From: Candidatus Rokuibacteriota bacterium
Lineage (GTDB): Bacteria; Methylomirabilota; Methylomirabilia; Rokubacteriales; CSP1-6
Reading direction: 5' to 3'
NCBI GenBank assembly: GCA_003221435.1
Contig: QHRS01000091.1
Location: forward strand, 1 to 41,534
Length of the DNA stretch: 41,534 nt
Part shown: piece by piece, positions 1 to 14,225 of the stretch
Layout of the letters: each line of letters begins with the position of its first letter
How positions within the stretch are numbered: position 1 is the stretch's first letter
Made by a program: the position numbers and the translations under genes
The notes under the pieces: model-generated
Databases searched by the model: none
What the model was told of the DNA's origin: nothing
The model's input: the letters and a program-made list of their open reading frames with translations, nothing else

Positions 1-117
1 AGGCAACTTCAGGGCGATGTCGAGATGGCGATGATTGACCGACCGGGCCTCGACGGACACGAGCGCTTTGTCTCCGGCCACCTGCGCCCGGCCGAATCCG
101 GTCATGCTACGGATCAT
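1..117 (-). CDS. yicC: YicC family stress-induced protein, N-terminal fragment (gene continues beyond the window start)
   Basis: Minus-strand translation from the ATG at 117..115 reads MIRSMTGFGRAQVAGDKALVSVEARSVNHRHLDIALKLP. This matches the hallmark YicC N-terminus (SMTGFG ... SVNHRxLD). Confidence 0.75.
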   Translation of the reverse strand, partial: MIRSMTGFGRAQVAGDKALVSVEARSVNHRHLDIALKLP

Positions 118-170
118 CGAGGCGCGCCCATTAACGAATGATAGGCCCAAATGTGCCGGAGTGTCGAGTC

Positions 171-200
171 TTGCGCGTTGGCAGCCGTTCTGGGTAGAGT
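171..200 (+). promoter_or_regulatory. Candidate sigma70-type promoter (TTGCGC-18 nt-TAGAGT) for the 210..578 gene
   Basis: TTGCGC at 171..176 and TAGAGT at 195..200. The -10 ends 9 nt before the GTG at 210, so any leader would be very short. The same TAGAnT -10 form recurs at 9446..9451 and 29410..29415. Confidence 0.4.
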
Positions 201-209
201 GCCCCCGGC

Positions 210-578
210 GTGAAGCGGGTTCTGGTTGCCCTCCTCCTCGTCCCCCTGGCGGCCGGCGCGATCTTCGCGCTGCTGAACTGGTTTTTTCGCCGACGTGGCT
301 CGAGCTTCCCCCTGGTCGCCTCCGTCCTCTCGCAGTGGCTCGTCGCCTATCTGGTCTGGACGCTCCTGGGGGCCCTCGTCGAGGCCTCCGGAGTCCTCGG
401 GGAGGCCGGGCGCGCCCCGTACACGCGCTACGGCTTCGGCCTCTTCGCGATTATCTTCGGCCTCTGGCAGTACCGGCTCGCCCGCGCGGGCGCCGCGCGC
501 CAAGCCTCCCGCGTATTCGTCTGGAGCCAGATCGGCTGGCTCCTCCTGCTGCTGGCCGAACGCGGGGCCCTGGGATGA
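210..578 (+). CDS. Hypothetical small integral membrane protein (about 4 hydrophobic segments)
   Basis: 122-aa ORF, MKRVLVALLLVPLAAGAIFALLNWFF..., with several hydrophobic stretches and GC3-rich codons. I recognise no family. Confidence 0.55.
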   Translation: MKRVLVALLLVPLAAGAIFALLNWFFRRRGSSFPLVASVLSQWLVAYLVWTLLGALVEASGVLGEAGRAPYTRYGFGLFAIIFGLWQYRLARAGAARQASRVFVWSQIGWLLLLLAERGALG

Positions 579-693
579 GCGTCCCAAGCGCGAGAGCCTT
601 CTACCGCGTCCGCAGGTGATCCTGAAAGGGCCCGGCGGGCGAGAGTCAACCCGGCTGGCCGGCTCGGGGGCCGGCGCGGGTTTCATCCCGGTG

Positions 694-1263
694 TCAGGCG
701 CGGCTGCCGGGCTTGATCGCGCGGCTGCCGGCCTTGCAGAGCGGGCACTCCTCCGGCTTGAAGGTCGGCACCGAGATGGTGGCGAGGGCCGCCCGCTTCA
801 CCGCGAAGGCGGCCGCGCCTCCGCTGCGATCGATCAGCGCCCCGACGCCGACGACGAGCCCGCCCGAGTCCGCTACGGCCCGCATGACCTCGCGCGTCGA
901 CCCCCCCGTGGTGACCACGTCCTCGACGACGAGGCACCGCTCGTCCTTCGCGATCGAAAATCCGCGGCGCAGGCGCATGACGCCGTTCTCGCGCTCGGTG
1001 AAGAGCGCACGGGCGCCGAGGGCGCGCGCGACCTCGTGCGCCACGAGGACGCCACCGAGCGCGGGGGCGATGACGATCTGGACCTGGTCCTCTTTGAAGC
1101 GCCCCGCCAGCTCGGCGCAGAGCGCTGCCGCGTGGTCCGGATACTGCAGCACGAGCGCCGACTGCAGGTAGGTGTCGGAGTGGAGCCCCGAGCTGAGCAG
1201 GAAATGACCGCGCAGCAGCGCGCCCGTCTTCTCGTAGAGGGCGAGCGTGTCGGCGGGAGTCAG
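694..1263 (-). CDS. pyrE: Orotate phosphoribosyltransferase
   Basis: C-terminal part of ORF 694..2040: LYEKTGALLRGHFLLSSGLHSDTYLQ...CLVVEDVVTTGGSTRE (PRPP-binding motif). There is no in-frame ATG/GTG/TTG near the conserved N-terminus. The only plausible start is the CTG at 1263..1261, which overlaps the pyrF stop (CTGA). Confidence 0.85.
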   Translation of the reverse strand: MTPADTLALYEKTGALLRGHFLLSSGLHSDTYLQSALVLQYPDHAAALCAELAGRFKEDQVQIVIAPALGGVLVAHEVARALGARALFTERENGVMRLRRGFSIAKDERCLVVEDVVTTGGSTREVMRAVADSGGLVVGVGALIDRSGGAAAFAVKRAALATISVPTFKPEECPLCKAGSRAIKPGSRA

Positions 1264-1951
1264 GCCATTTGCTCCAGGATCCCGCGGGCAGCCGCGGCCG
1301 GGTCCGGCGCGGCCGTGATCGGCCGGCCGACCACGAGGTAATCGGCGCCGGCGCGAATGGCGGCGGCCGGCGTCGCCGTGCGAACCTGATCGTCGGCGCC
1401 GCCGCCCGCGGGGCGGACACCGGGCGTCACGATCACCCACGTCCGCGGCATCAGGGAGCGCAGCCGGCGGATCTCGTGTGGCGAGGCGACGCAGCCGTCG
1501 AGGCCGGCCTCGCGGGCCCGCTCCGCCAGGTGCACGACGTGGCCCTCGACCGAGCTGGCGAGACCGAGGTCGTGCTGGAGAGCGGCGCGGCCGAGGCTCG
1601 TCAGCACCGTCACGCCGAGGCAGATCGGCCTCGGAATGCCGAATTCCTTCGCCGCCTCTGCCGCCGCCTCTGCCGCCGCCCGCATCATGGCCGTGCCGCC
1701 GGATCAGCATGAAGACCGCGAGCCGGGTCGCCTCACGCACGGCGCCCGCGACGGTGTTCGGGATGTCGTGGAACTTGAGGTCGAGGAAGACCTTGAAGCC
1801 GCGCTTCCGCGCGTGCTCGACCGCGGCGGGGCCGGCGGCGGTGAAGAGCTGCGGGCCGATCTTGCACCCGGTGGCGACGCCGCTGAGCCGGTCGAGCAGG
1901 CGGTCGGCGTCGCCGAGCGTCTCGACGTCGAGCGCGACGAGCAGCCGGTCC

Positions 1952-1962
<11 letters not shown>
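1260..1962 (-). pseudogene. pyrF: Orotidine-5'-phosphate decarboxylase, reading frame broken near 1700-1705
   Basis: The N-terminal part ([13 protein letters not shown]...FLDLKFHDIPNTVAGAVREATRLAVFML) is in the frame of ORF 694..2040. The C-terminal part (SGGTAMMRAAAE...DYLVVGRPIT...ILEQMA) is ORF 1260..1688. The span is 703 nt, which is not a multiple of 3. The conserved TVHA residues expected between FML and SGG are missing, consistent with loss of about 11 nt. Confidence 0.8.
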
Positions 1963-5114
<3,152 letters not shown>

Positions 5115-5381
5115 TCATTCCTCGATGACCCCGTACACGATCGAGGTCTCCGGCGCGGCTTCTTCGCGCTTGTAGAGCACCTCGTCGATGCGCCCCCCGC
5201 CGATCCAGACCACCTCGCCGTTGCCCCAGAGCTTCTCGCCGAGCACGCTCATGCGCTTGTCGACTCGCTCTCTGATCGCCTGGGGCTCGAGCCGGGCGTC
5301 GTCCTGGGTGGTGAACGACGTCCATTCGGGCTTCTGCCCCGCCTCCTCGGTCTTCCGATAGGACACGAGATACTTCGGCAT
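5115..5381 (-). CDS. Hypothetical 88-aa protein wedged between carA and carB
   Basis: MPKYLVSYRKTEEAGQKPEWTSFTTQDDARLEPQAIRERVDKRMSVLGEKLWGNGEVVWIGGGRIDEVLYKREEAAPETSIVYGVIEE. Codons are GC3-rich. It starts 8 nt after the carA stop, and its TGA abuts the carB GTG. No family recognised. Confidence 0.55.
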   Translation of the reverse strand: MPKYLVSYRKTEEAGQKPEWTSFTTQDDARLEPQAIRERVDKRMSVLGEKLWGNGEVVWIGGGRIDEVLYKREEAAPETSIVYGVIEE

Positions 5382-5389
5382 ACGTTGGA

Positions 5390-6535
5390 TCAGCCTCCCT
5401 CCCCGCGTATCAGCGCCGTGAAACGGCTGAACAGGTAGCTCGCGTCGTGCGGCCCCGGCGAGGCTTCGGGGTGGTACTGCACGGAAAACATCGGCAGCGC
5501 CCGGTGGCGCATCCCCTCGCACGTCCGGTCGTTCAGGTTGACATGGGTCATCTCCCACCCGTGGGGCTCGACCGACGCGGGATCGACCGCGAAGCCGTGA
5601 TTCTGCGCCGTGATCTCGACGCGGCCCGTCGCGAGGTTCTTCACCGGATGGTTTCCGCCGTGGTGCCCGAACGGCAGCTTGAACGTGGCGCCGCCCGCCG
5701 CGAGGGCCAGGATCTGGTGCCCCAGACAGATGCCGAAGATCGGGACCTGGCCGAAGAGCTGCCTGACCGAGTCCACCAGGTATGGGACGGCTTCGGGGTC
5801 TCCCGGGCCGTTGGACAGGAACACGCCGTCCGGCTTCATTTCCAGCACCTGCTCGCCGGACGTGCGCGCGGGCACGACGGTGACCTCGCACCCGGCGGAG
5901 GCGAGCTGGCGGAGGATGTTGAGCTTGATGCCGGAGTCGTACGCGACGACACGGAGCGGCGCTGTGCGCGGGCGCTGCGCGACGTGTCCGCGCGAGAGAT
6001 CCCAGAGGCCTTCGCGCCAGGTGAACGGCGCGTCGGCGGTGACTTCCCGGACGAGGTCGCGGCCCACGAGCCCCGGGAGCGCCTGAGCACGCTCGACGAG
6101 GCGGTGCTCGTCCAGGTCTCCGGTCGAGATGATGCCCTCCTGGGCGCCGTGGTCCCTCACGTGCCGCGTCAACGCCCGCGTGTCGATGCCCTGGATCCCG
6201 ACGACGCCGTGGCGCTTCATGTAGTCGTCGAGCGACACCCGGCCGCGCCAGCTCGACACGACGGCGCTCGCCTCCCTGACGATGAAGCCGTTGGCCCAGG
6301 GCCGGCGGGACTCCGCGTCTTCCTCGTTCAGGCCGTAGTTGCCGATGAGGGGATAGGTCATCAGGACGATCTGCCCCCGGTACGACGGGTCGGTGAGGAT
6401 CTCCTGGTAGCCGGTCATGGACGTGTTGAACACGACCTCGCCCGACGCCTCACCCGCTGCGCCGAGCGATTCGCCGCGGAAGACGCGGCCGTCCCTGAGC
6501 GCCAGCACCGCCCGCCGACTCGTCATGCTCGCCAC
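5390..6535 (-). CDS. carA: Carbamoyl-phosphate synthase small (glutaminase) subunit
   Basis: 381-aa ORF with MTYPLIGNYG and the GATase triad region PIFGICLGHQIL...HGFAV. Confidence 0.95.
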   Translation of the reverse strand: MASMTSRRAVLALRDGRVFRGESLGAAGEASGEVVFNTSMTGYQEILTDPSYRGQIVLMTYPLIGNYGLNEEDAESRRPWANGFIVREASAVVSSWRGRVSLDDYMKRHGVVGIQGIDTRALTRHVRDHGAQEGIISTGDLDEHRLVERAQALPGLVGRDLVREVTADAPFTWREGLWDLSRGHVAQRPRTAPLRVVAYDSGIKLNILRQLASAGCEVTVVPARTSGEQVLEMKPDGVFLSNGPGDPEAVPYLVDSVRQLFGQVPIFGICLGHQILALAAGGATFKLPFGHHGGNHPVKNLATGRVEITAQNHGFAVDPASVEPHGWEMTHVNLNDRTCEGMRHRALPMFSVQYHPEASPGPHDASYLFSRFTALIRGEGG

Positions 6536-7806
6536 ATGATTCTACCGCCGACGATCGTGGCGACCGGGGCGCCGACGGCCTCGAAGCCGCCGAACGGCGT
6601 GTTCCGGCTCCGGGATCTGAACGCGGACGGGTCGATCGTGAGCTCCCGATCCGGGTCGACGATCGTGATGTCCGCCGGCGCGCCGGCCGCGAGCGTGCCG
6701 CCGGGCAGGTTGAGGAGCCGCGCGGGCGCGCTGCTCATCCGCGCGATCAGCGTCGGCAGATCGATCACGCCCGGGCGCACGAGCCGGTCGAGCAGGACCG
6801 AGACCGCCGTCTCGAGGCCGATGACGCCAAAGGCCGCGCGATCGTACTCGCCCTCCTTCTCGCTCGACGCGTGGGGCGCGTGGTCGGTCGCCACGCAGTC
6901 GATGGTGCCGTCGGCCAGCGCCCCCACCAGCGCGTCGACGTCCTGCCGCGTCCGGAGCGGCGGGTTCATCTTCGTATTCGGATCGTACCCGCGGACCGCC
7001 TCGTCGGTCAGCACGAGGTGGTGCGGCGTCGCCTCGGCCGTCACTCGCACCCCGCGTGACTTTGCGTCCCGCACGAGGCGCACCGCCCCCGCGCTGGAGA
7101 GGTGGGCGATGTGGACGTGCGCGCCGGTCAGCTCCGCGAGCTGGATGTCGCGCGCCACCATCGTGTCCTCGGCGGCGGCGGGCGCTCCCTTGAGGCCCAG
7201 CGCGGTGGACACGACTCCCTCGTTCATGCACGCCCCGTGGCTCAGGGTGGTGTCCTCGGCGTGGCTGATGACGGGACAGCCGAACGGCAGCGTGTACTCC
7301 ATCGCACGGCGATACAGCTCGGCATTCATCACGGGCTTGCCGTCGTCGGAAAACGCGACGCATCCGGCTTCGGCCAGCTCGGCCAGCTCCGCCAGCTCCT
7401 TGCCGCCGAGCCCGCGCGTCACCGCGCCGATCGGGTAGACCCGCACGGCGCCCTCCGCCCGGGCCTTGGCCAGGATGTAGTCGGTGACGGCGCGGGTGTC
7501 GTTGACGGGCTCCGTGTTCGCCATGCAGCAGACGGCGGTGAAGCCGCCGGCCGCCGCGGCGCGGGTGCCGGTCTGCACGGTCTCCTTGTACTCGTAGCCG
7601 GGCTCGCGGAGGTGGACGTGAATGTCGATCAGGCCGGGACACACGACCTTGCCGGTCGCGTCGAGGACCTCGGCGCCCTCCCGGGCGGCCCGCTCGATGT
7701 GCCGGCCGGTCTGCGCGATCAGCCCGTCCTGCACCAGCACGTCCTGGACGGCGTCGACGCCGTTCGCCGGATCGATCACGCGACCGTTCCGGATGAGGAG
7801 CTTCAT
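6523..7806 (-). CDS. pyrC: Dihydroorotase
   Basis: Internal ATG of ORF 6523..8799: [13 protein letters not shown]...[14 protein letters not shown]...[10 protein letters not shown]. It overlaps carA by 13 nt. Confidence 0.92.
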   Translation of the reverse strand: MKLLIRNGRVIDPANGVDAVQDVLVQDGLIAQTGRHIERAAREGAEVLDATGKVVCPGLIDIHVHLREPGYEYKETVQTGTRAAAAGGFTAVCCMANTEPVNDTRAVTDYILAKARAEGAVRVYPIGAVTRGLGGKELAELAELAEAGCVAFSDDGKPVMNAELYRRAMEYTLPFGCPVISHAEDTTLSHGACMNEGVVSTALGLKGAPAAAEDTMVARDIQLAELTGAHVHIAHLSSAGAVRLVRDAKSRGVRVTAEATPHHLVLTDEAVRGYDPNTKMNPPLRTRQDVDALVGALADGTIDCVATDHAPHASSEKEGEYDRAAFGVIGLETAVSVLLDRLVRPGVIDLPTLIARMSSAPARLLNLPGGTLAAGAPADITIVDPDRELTIDPSAFRSRSRNTPFGGFEAVGAPVATIVGGRIMWRA

Positions 7807-8765
7807 AGCCCGTGTCCCCGCTCCGCCTGACCGTCCTGGGAGGCCATGGCGCCGGCGAGCAGGAACAGCACCGCCATCCGGACGGCGACGCCGTTCGCCG
7901 CCTGCTCGAGGATCACCGAGTAGGGCCCGTCCGCGACCTCGGGCGAGAGCTCGATCCCGCGATTCACGGGCCCGGGGTGCATGATCAGGACGTCGCTCCG
8001 CGCGCTCGCGTGGAGCTTGTCGAGCGTGAGCCCCCAGTACCGCGCGTACTCGCGGAGCGACGGGATCAGCCCCGCGCTCATCCGCTCCTGCTGCAGGCGC
8101 AGCATCATGATCACGTCGACGTCGCGGATGGCGTCCTCGAGCCGGTGGCTCACCTTGACGCCGAGCTCCTGCGCGTGGGGCGGGATGAGCGTCGGCGGGC
8201 CGGCGACGGTGACGGTCATGCCGAGCTTGCGCATGCCGTAAATGTTGGAGCGCGCGACGCGGCTGTGCGCGATGTCGCCCACGATCGCCACGTGGAGCCC
8301 TTCGAGATGTCCCTTGCGCTCGCGGATCGTGAGCAGGTCGAGGAGGGCCTGGGTGGGATGCTCGTGGGCGCCGTCGCCGGCGTTGACGACCCCGCACTTG
8401 AGCGAGCGCGCGAGCAGCTCCGCCGCGCCGGACGACGAGTGGCGCACGACGACGACGTCCGGGCTCATCGCCTCGATATTCCGAGCGGTGTCGAGCAGGG
8501 TCTCGCCCTTGCCGATGCTCGAGGTCGACGCCGAGAAGTTGACCACGTCGGCGGAGAGCCACTTGCCGGCGATCTCGAATGAAGTCCGCGTGCGGGTCGA
8601 GGGCTCGTAGAAGAGGTTGACGATCGTCTTGCCGCGCAGGGTCGGCACCTTCTTGATCTCGCGGGTCCCGATTTCCCGGAGCGAGGCCGCGGTGTCGATG
8701 AGCAGCGTGATCTCGGCCGGATCCAGCTCCCGGATCGTCAGCAGGTCCTTTCGCTTCCAGGCCAT
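7803..8765 (-). CDS. pyrB: Aspartate carbamoyltransferase catalytic subunit
   Basis: [15 protein letters not shown]...[13 protein letters not shown]...HPTQALLD...HPGPVNRG within ORF 7803..9332. It overlaps pyrC by 4 nt. Confidence 0.95.
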   Translation of the reverse strand: MAWKRKDLLTIRELDPAEITLLIDTAASLREIGTREIKKVPTLRGKTIVNLFYEPSTRTRTSFEIAGKWLSADVVNFSASTSSIGKGETLLDTARNIEAMSPDVVVVRHSSSGAAELLARSLKCGVVNAGDGAHEHPTQALLDLLTIRERKGHLEGLHVAIVGDIAHSRVARSNIYGMRKLGMTVTVAGPPTLIPPHAQELGVKVSHRLEDAIRDVDVIMMLRLQQERMSAGLIPSLREYARYWGLTLDKLHASARSDVLIMHPGPVNRGIELSPEVADGPYSVILEQAANGVAVRMAVLFLLAGAMASQDGQAERGHGL

Positions 8766-8767
8766 CG

Positions 8768-9474
<707 letters not shown>

Positions 9475-9487
9475 CGCGCCGGTGCTG

Positions 9488-9581
9488 GACTGTCGAAGGG
9501 GGCCTCGGCGGCCCCCTCCGAGCCTCCCCCAGAATCGCACTGCGCCGGCAAAGCCGGCGCTCGATGGCGGACACTGCGACG
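9488..9581 (-). repeat. GC-rich palindromic intergenic repeat, copy A (long form)
   Basis: The reverse complement aligns over about 90 nt with 15061..15149. Both carry the core TGGGGGAGGCTCGGAGGGGGCCGCCGAGGCCCCC, with hairpin GGGGGCC-N5-GGCCCCC, and a second hairpin GCGCCGGC-ttt-GCCGGCGC. Confidence 0.85.
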
Positions 9582-9656
9582 GGCCTCGTGTGGCTCGCAA
9601 CTTGGAACGGCACCACGAGCCCGACTCCAATTAACCGCAGGTCGTTGGTACGGGCG

Positions 9657-10694
9657 CTAGGAGGCGCCGTCCGGGTCCGCTCGGTCCAGAGCGGCCAGCG
9701 CCCGTTCCGCCCGCTCGCGCTTGGCCGGGTCGGGATCACGGTGGGCAATGCGTAACAACGCCGGGCGCGCCACGGGGTCGCCGCGCTCCGCCAGCTCGAA
9801 GGCCTCGCGGTCGCGATTCTGGAAGTACGTCGTGTCGAAGCGGCTGACCGCCAGGTCGGTCCGCTTCCAGTAGAACTGGAGCTCCTCGGACCGCCAGTCG
9901 CGGTAGACCTCTTCCCAGGTCGCCTGACCGGTATGTGGCTCTAGGTTGGACTCGGCGATCGGCTGGGAGCGGGCCTGGTAGCGGTAGTCGACCGAGAGGC
10001 GCATGCGATCGGGCGTGAGGTTGGGAAGCGCCCGATGCACCATGTGGCTGTGGAAGAGCAGCACGTCTCCCGCCCGGTAGTCGGAGGTGTGCCACCGGTC
10101 GGGCAGCGCGCTCGGGTCGATGCCCATGCCGCCGGCGCCGAGGCTCAGGTGATACTCGTAGAGGCCAGCCGTGTGGGTTCCCGCATTGACCATGAGCCCG
10201 CCGAGCTGCCGCGGCACATCGCCGAGGGGGATCCAGGCGGTGAACGTCTCGGCCGTGCCCTGGATGAACGGGAAATCCTGGTGCGCGGGCGTGGTGTGCC
10301 GAACGTTCTGCGGGAAGCTGAGCCGCGCGATCTTGTTCGGATGCGGCAAGGCCGGCTCACCGAGCACCGCTTCGGCCAGGGCGAGGAGCGCCCCGTGATG
10401 GGCGAGAGCGTGGAAGGCCTCGAGCTTCTGCACTTCCCGGTACACCGCGATGAAGGCCGGCTCCGGCTCGACGCAGGCCTTCGCCGGATCCGCGCGGTCG
10501 TCGGGCGAATCCGGGCCGTCGAGCAGCCAGCCCGCGGCGCGGCAGCGCCCGAGGATCCCGCGGCGCACCCGTTGGATTTCCTCGCGCGGCAGCAGGCCCC
10601 GGAAGAAGAGGAAGCCGTCCCGGTCGAGCAGCGCGCGTTGCTCGCCGGGCTCGTCCAGGAGGTGATTCGCCGGGCTCAGCTCGTAGAGCGTCAT
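9657..10694 (-). CDS. Phytanoyl-CoA dioxygenase (PhyH) family Fe(II)/2-oxoglutarate oxygenase
   Basis: MTLYELSPANHLLDEP... with ...TTPAHQDFPFIQG... and ...GDVLLFHSHMVHRALPN (His-x-Asp...His facial triad context). It is the C-terminal part of ORF 9657..11669. Confidence 0.8.
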   Translation of the reverse strand: MTLYELSPANHLLDEPGEQRALLDRDGFLFFRGLLPREEIQRVRRGILGRCRAAGWLLDGPDSPDDRADPAKACVEPEPAFIAVYREVQKLEAFHALAHHGALLALAEAVLGEPALPHPNKIARLSFPQNVRHTTPAHQDFPFIQGTAETFTAWIPLGDVPRQLGGLMVNAGTHTAGLYEYHLSLGAGGMGIDPSALPDRWHTSDYRAGDVLLFHSHMVHRALPNLTPDRMRLSVDYRYQARSQPIAESNLEPHTGQATWEEVYRDWRSEELQFYWKRTDLAVSRFDTTYFQNRDREAFELAERGDPVARPALLRIAHRDPDPAKRERAERALAALDRADPDGAS

Positions 10695-10717
10695 GGATCC
10701 GTCCGTGCCCGCCCAGT

Positions 10718-12016
<1,299 letters not shown>

Positions 12017-12023
12017 GGCGCTG

Positions 12024-14224
12024 TCAGGTCGCCACCGGCGTCGGCTGGCTCGCCGCGGCCGGCAGCTCGATCGCGAAGCGGCTGCCCCTGGGGTGATTGT
12101 CGTCGACCCAGATCGTGCCGCCGTGATCCGACACGATCTGGTGGACGATGGGCAGGCCGAGCCCCATCCCGGTCGCCTTCGTCGAAAAATACGGGATGAA
12201 GAGCTTCTCCTTGTCCTCGGGCGCGATGCCCGTCCCGTCATCGGTCACGGTGAGCCGCACGCGCCCGGTGTCGGGCGAGTAGCCGAGCTCGAGCGCGACC
12301 GTTCCCACGCCGCTGACCGCCTCGACCGCGTTGTCCACGAGGTTCAGGATCGCGCGCTTGATCTGATCCGGATCCACCTGGAGCAGCGGCAGGTCGTCGG
12401 CGAAGTGCGTGATCAACGAGAGGCCGGGATGCGATTCGCGATAGAGCGCGAGGACCCCGTCGACCAGCGACCGGAGGTCGGTCGGCTTGGGCGTCAGCGC
12501 GGGCATCCGCGCGAACCGGGAGAACTCGTCCACGAGCCGCTTGAGGCCCTCCACTTCCTGGATGATGGTCCCCGTGCACTCGTCGAGGAGGCGCTTGTCG
12601 TCGCCCCCGCGGTCCGCGAGCCGGCGCCGCAGGCGCTGCGCCGAGAGCTGGATCGGGGTCAGCGGGTTCTTGATCTCGTGCGCGATGCGCTGCGCGACCT
12701 CGCGCCATGCCGCCAGGCGTCGAAGACGAACACGACGCCGGCGTACTCGCCCCCTGGCCCGCGCAGCGCCGTCGCGGCCGCCAGCAGCGTGGTCGCGGCA
12801 CCGTCGCGCCGCAGGTGCAGCTCGCGCTCGGCCGTTTCGCCCTTGGCGCGACTCACCCGGTGCGCCAGGGCGATGACGTCGTCGAAGTCGCGGCTCGCGA
12901 AGACCTCGCGCAGCGTCTGTCCGGGGCTCGCCACGGCGGGCAGGCCGAGCATGCGGGCCGCCGTGCGGTTCATCGTCGTCAGGCGTCCGGAGACGTCGAA
13001 CGAGACGACCCCGGTCGCGATGGCCTCGAGGACGGTCTCCGTGTACCGGCGGCGTCCCTCCAGTTCCGCGTGCTTGGCCTGGAGGTCGAGGTACGCGGCT
13101 TCGAGCCGCGTCTTGGACTGGTCGAGGTCCCCGGTCATCTGGTTGAACGAGTCGACGAGCACGCCGATCTCATCGTCGGCCCGGGCCTGCACGCGATAGC
13201 TCAGGTTGCCGGCCGCGACCTCGCGCGTGCCCTCGGCGAGCTGCTCGATCGGCACGGTGATGCCGCGCGCCAGATAGAGCCCGAACCACGCGAAGGAGAA
13301 GACGATGATCAGGGTCATCAGAAGGAACAGCAGCATGTAGATGCCCTTGATCGGGTTCTTCAGAAGCTTCAGCTGCTTGTAGTCGGTGAACGCCTGCGAG
13401 ATTCCGCGGACCTTTCGCTCGAGCCGCTCGGCGACGTGGGTGGCGACCACGATGGCGCCGATGATCTGCCGAGCGGGCTCGGGCGACCACACGGGCGTGA
13501 CGGCCTGGATGAGGTCCCCGGCCTTGATCTCGCGCACCGTGGTGACTTCCTGGCCGTCGAGCCCCTGGCGCACCTGACGCGCGCTGATCTCGCTCGTCGG
13601 CAGATCGCCGAGGACCGGATCCTTGACGTGCACGAGCTCGTGGCCCGCGGTGTTGAAGACGGTGACGGCGCTCAGCCCGAGCTGGTCCTGCTGGTCGACG
13701 AGGTACGCCGCGAGCACTTCCCGGCGGTCCTCACCGAGGAGCCCATCGCGCGCGATCGTCCGGGCGAGGTGCTGGCCGTGGCGCAGGGCCGTCGCCTCGA
13801 GGTTCTGGTAATACGTCTGGGCGACCGACAGCGCCTGGTCGAGCGGCTGCTCGACCTGCGGCTTGAACCAGCCCTCGATCGAGGTGTTGATGAAGTTCGA
13901 CGCGATGATGAAAATCAAGATCGCGGGCGCGAGAGACAACGAGAGGAACGCGAGGACGAGCTTGGCCTTGAACTTGGACCCGATGACCTTCTGGCGGCGC
14001 TCGAAGGAGAGTTTGACCAGGTTCCGGAAGAGCAACACCAGCAGGAGCAGGAAGACGATCAGGTTCAGGTTGAAGAGGGCGAAGACCACGATGGTCGAGG
14101 CCACGGGGATGTTCGGGGTGCGGATGCCGAACTCGAACGCGGTGGCGACGACCAGCAGGACGAGGAACCCGCAGATGATGATCAGGTTGCGCTTGCGGCG
14201 GCCCTGGTCGCTCACGAGCGGCAT
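12024..14224 (-). pseudogene. NtrY-like sensor histidine kinase (TM-HAMP-PAS-HisKA-HATPase), frame broken near 12716-12721
   Basis: ORF 12659..14224 (TM segments, HAMP, PAS) ends in junk after ...GVVFVFD. The H-box and ATPase (LAAWREVAQRIAHEIKNPLTPIQLSAQRL...DDGTGI...GMGLGLPIV) continue in another frame into ORF 12024..12554. The linker expected between FD and AAW (about 10 aa) is missing. Confidence 0.85.
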
Positions 14225-14225
14225 C

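Noticed and set aside
579-693. A possible bidirectional terminator in the convergent spacer between the membrane-protein gene and pyrE (GC-rich imperfect stem around 648..680 followed by TTTC).
   Set aside because: The stem is imperfect and the U-tract is very short, so I could not define a convincing hairpin by eye.
1260-1268. TGA recoding or read-through as an explanation for the CTGA junctions (pyrF/pyrE, livM/livG).
   Set aside because: The downstream genes are in a different frame from the upstream stop, and TGA clearly ends many conserved genes in this window at their expected C-termini.
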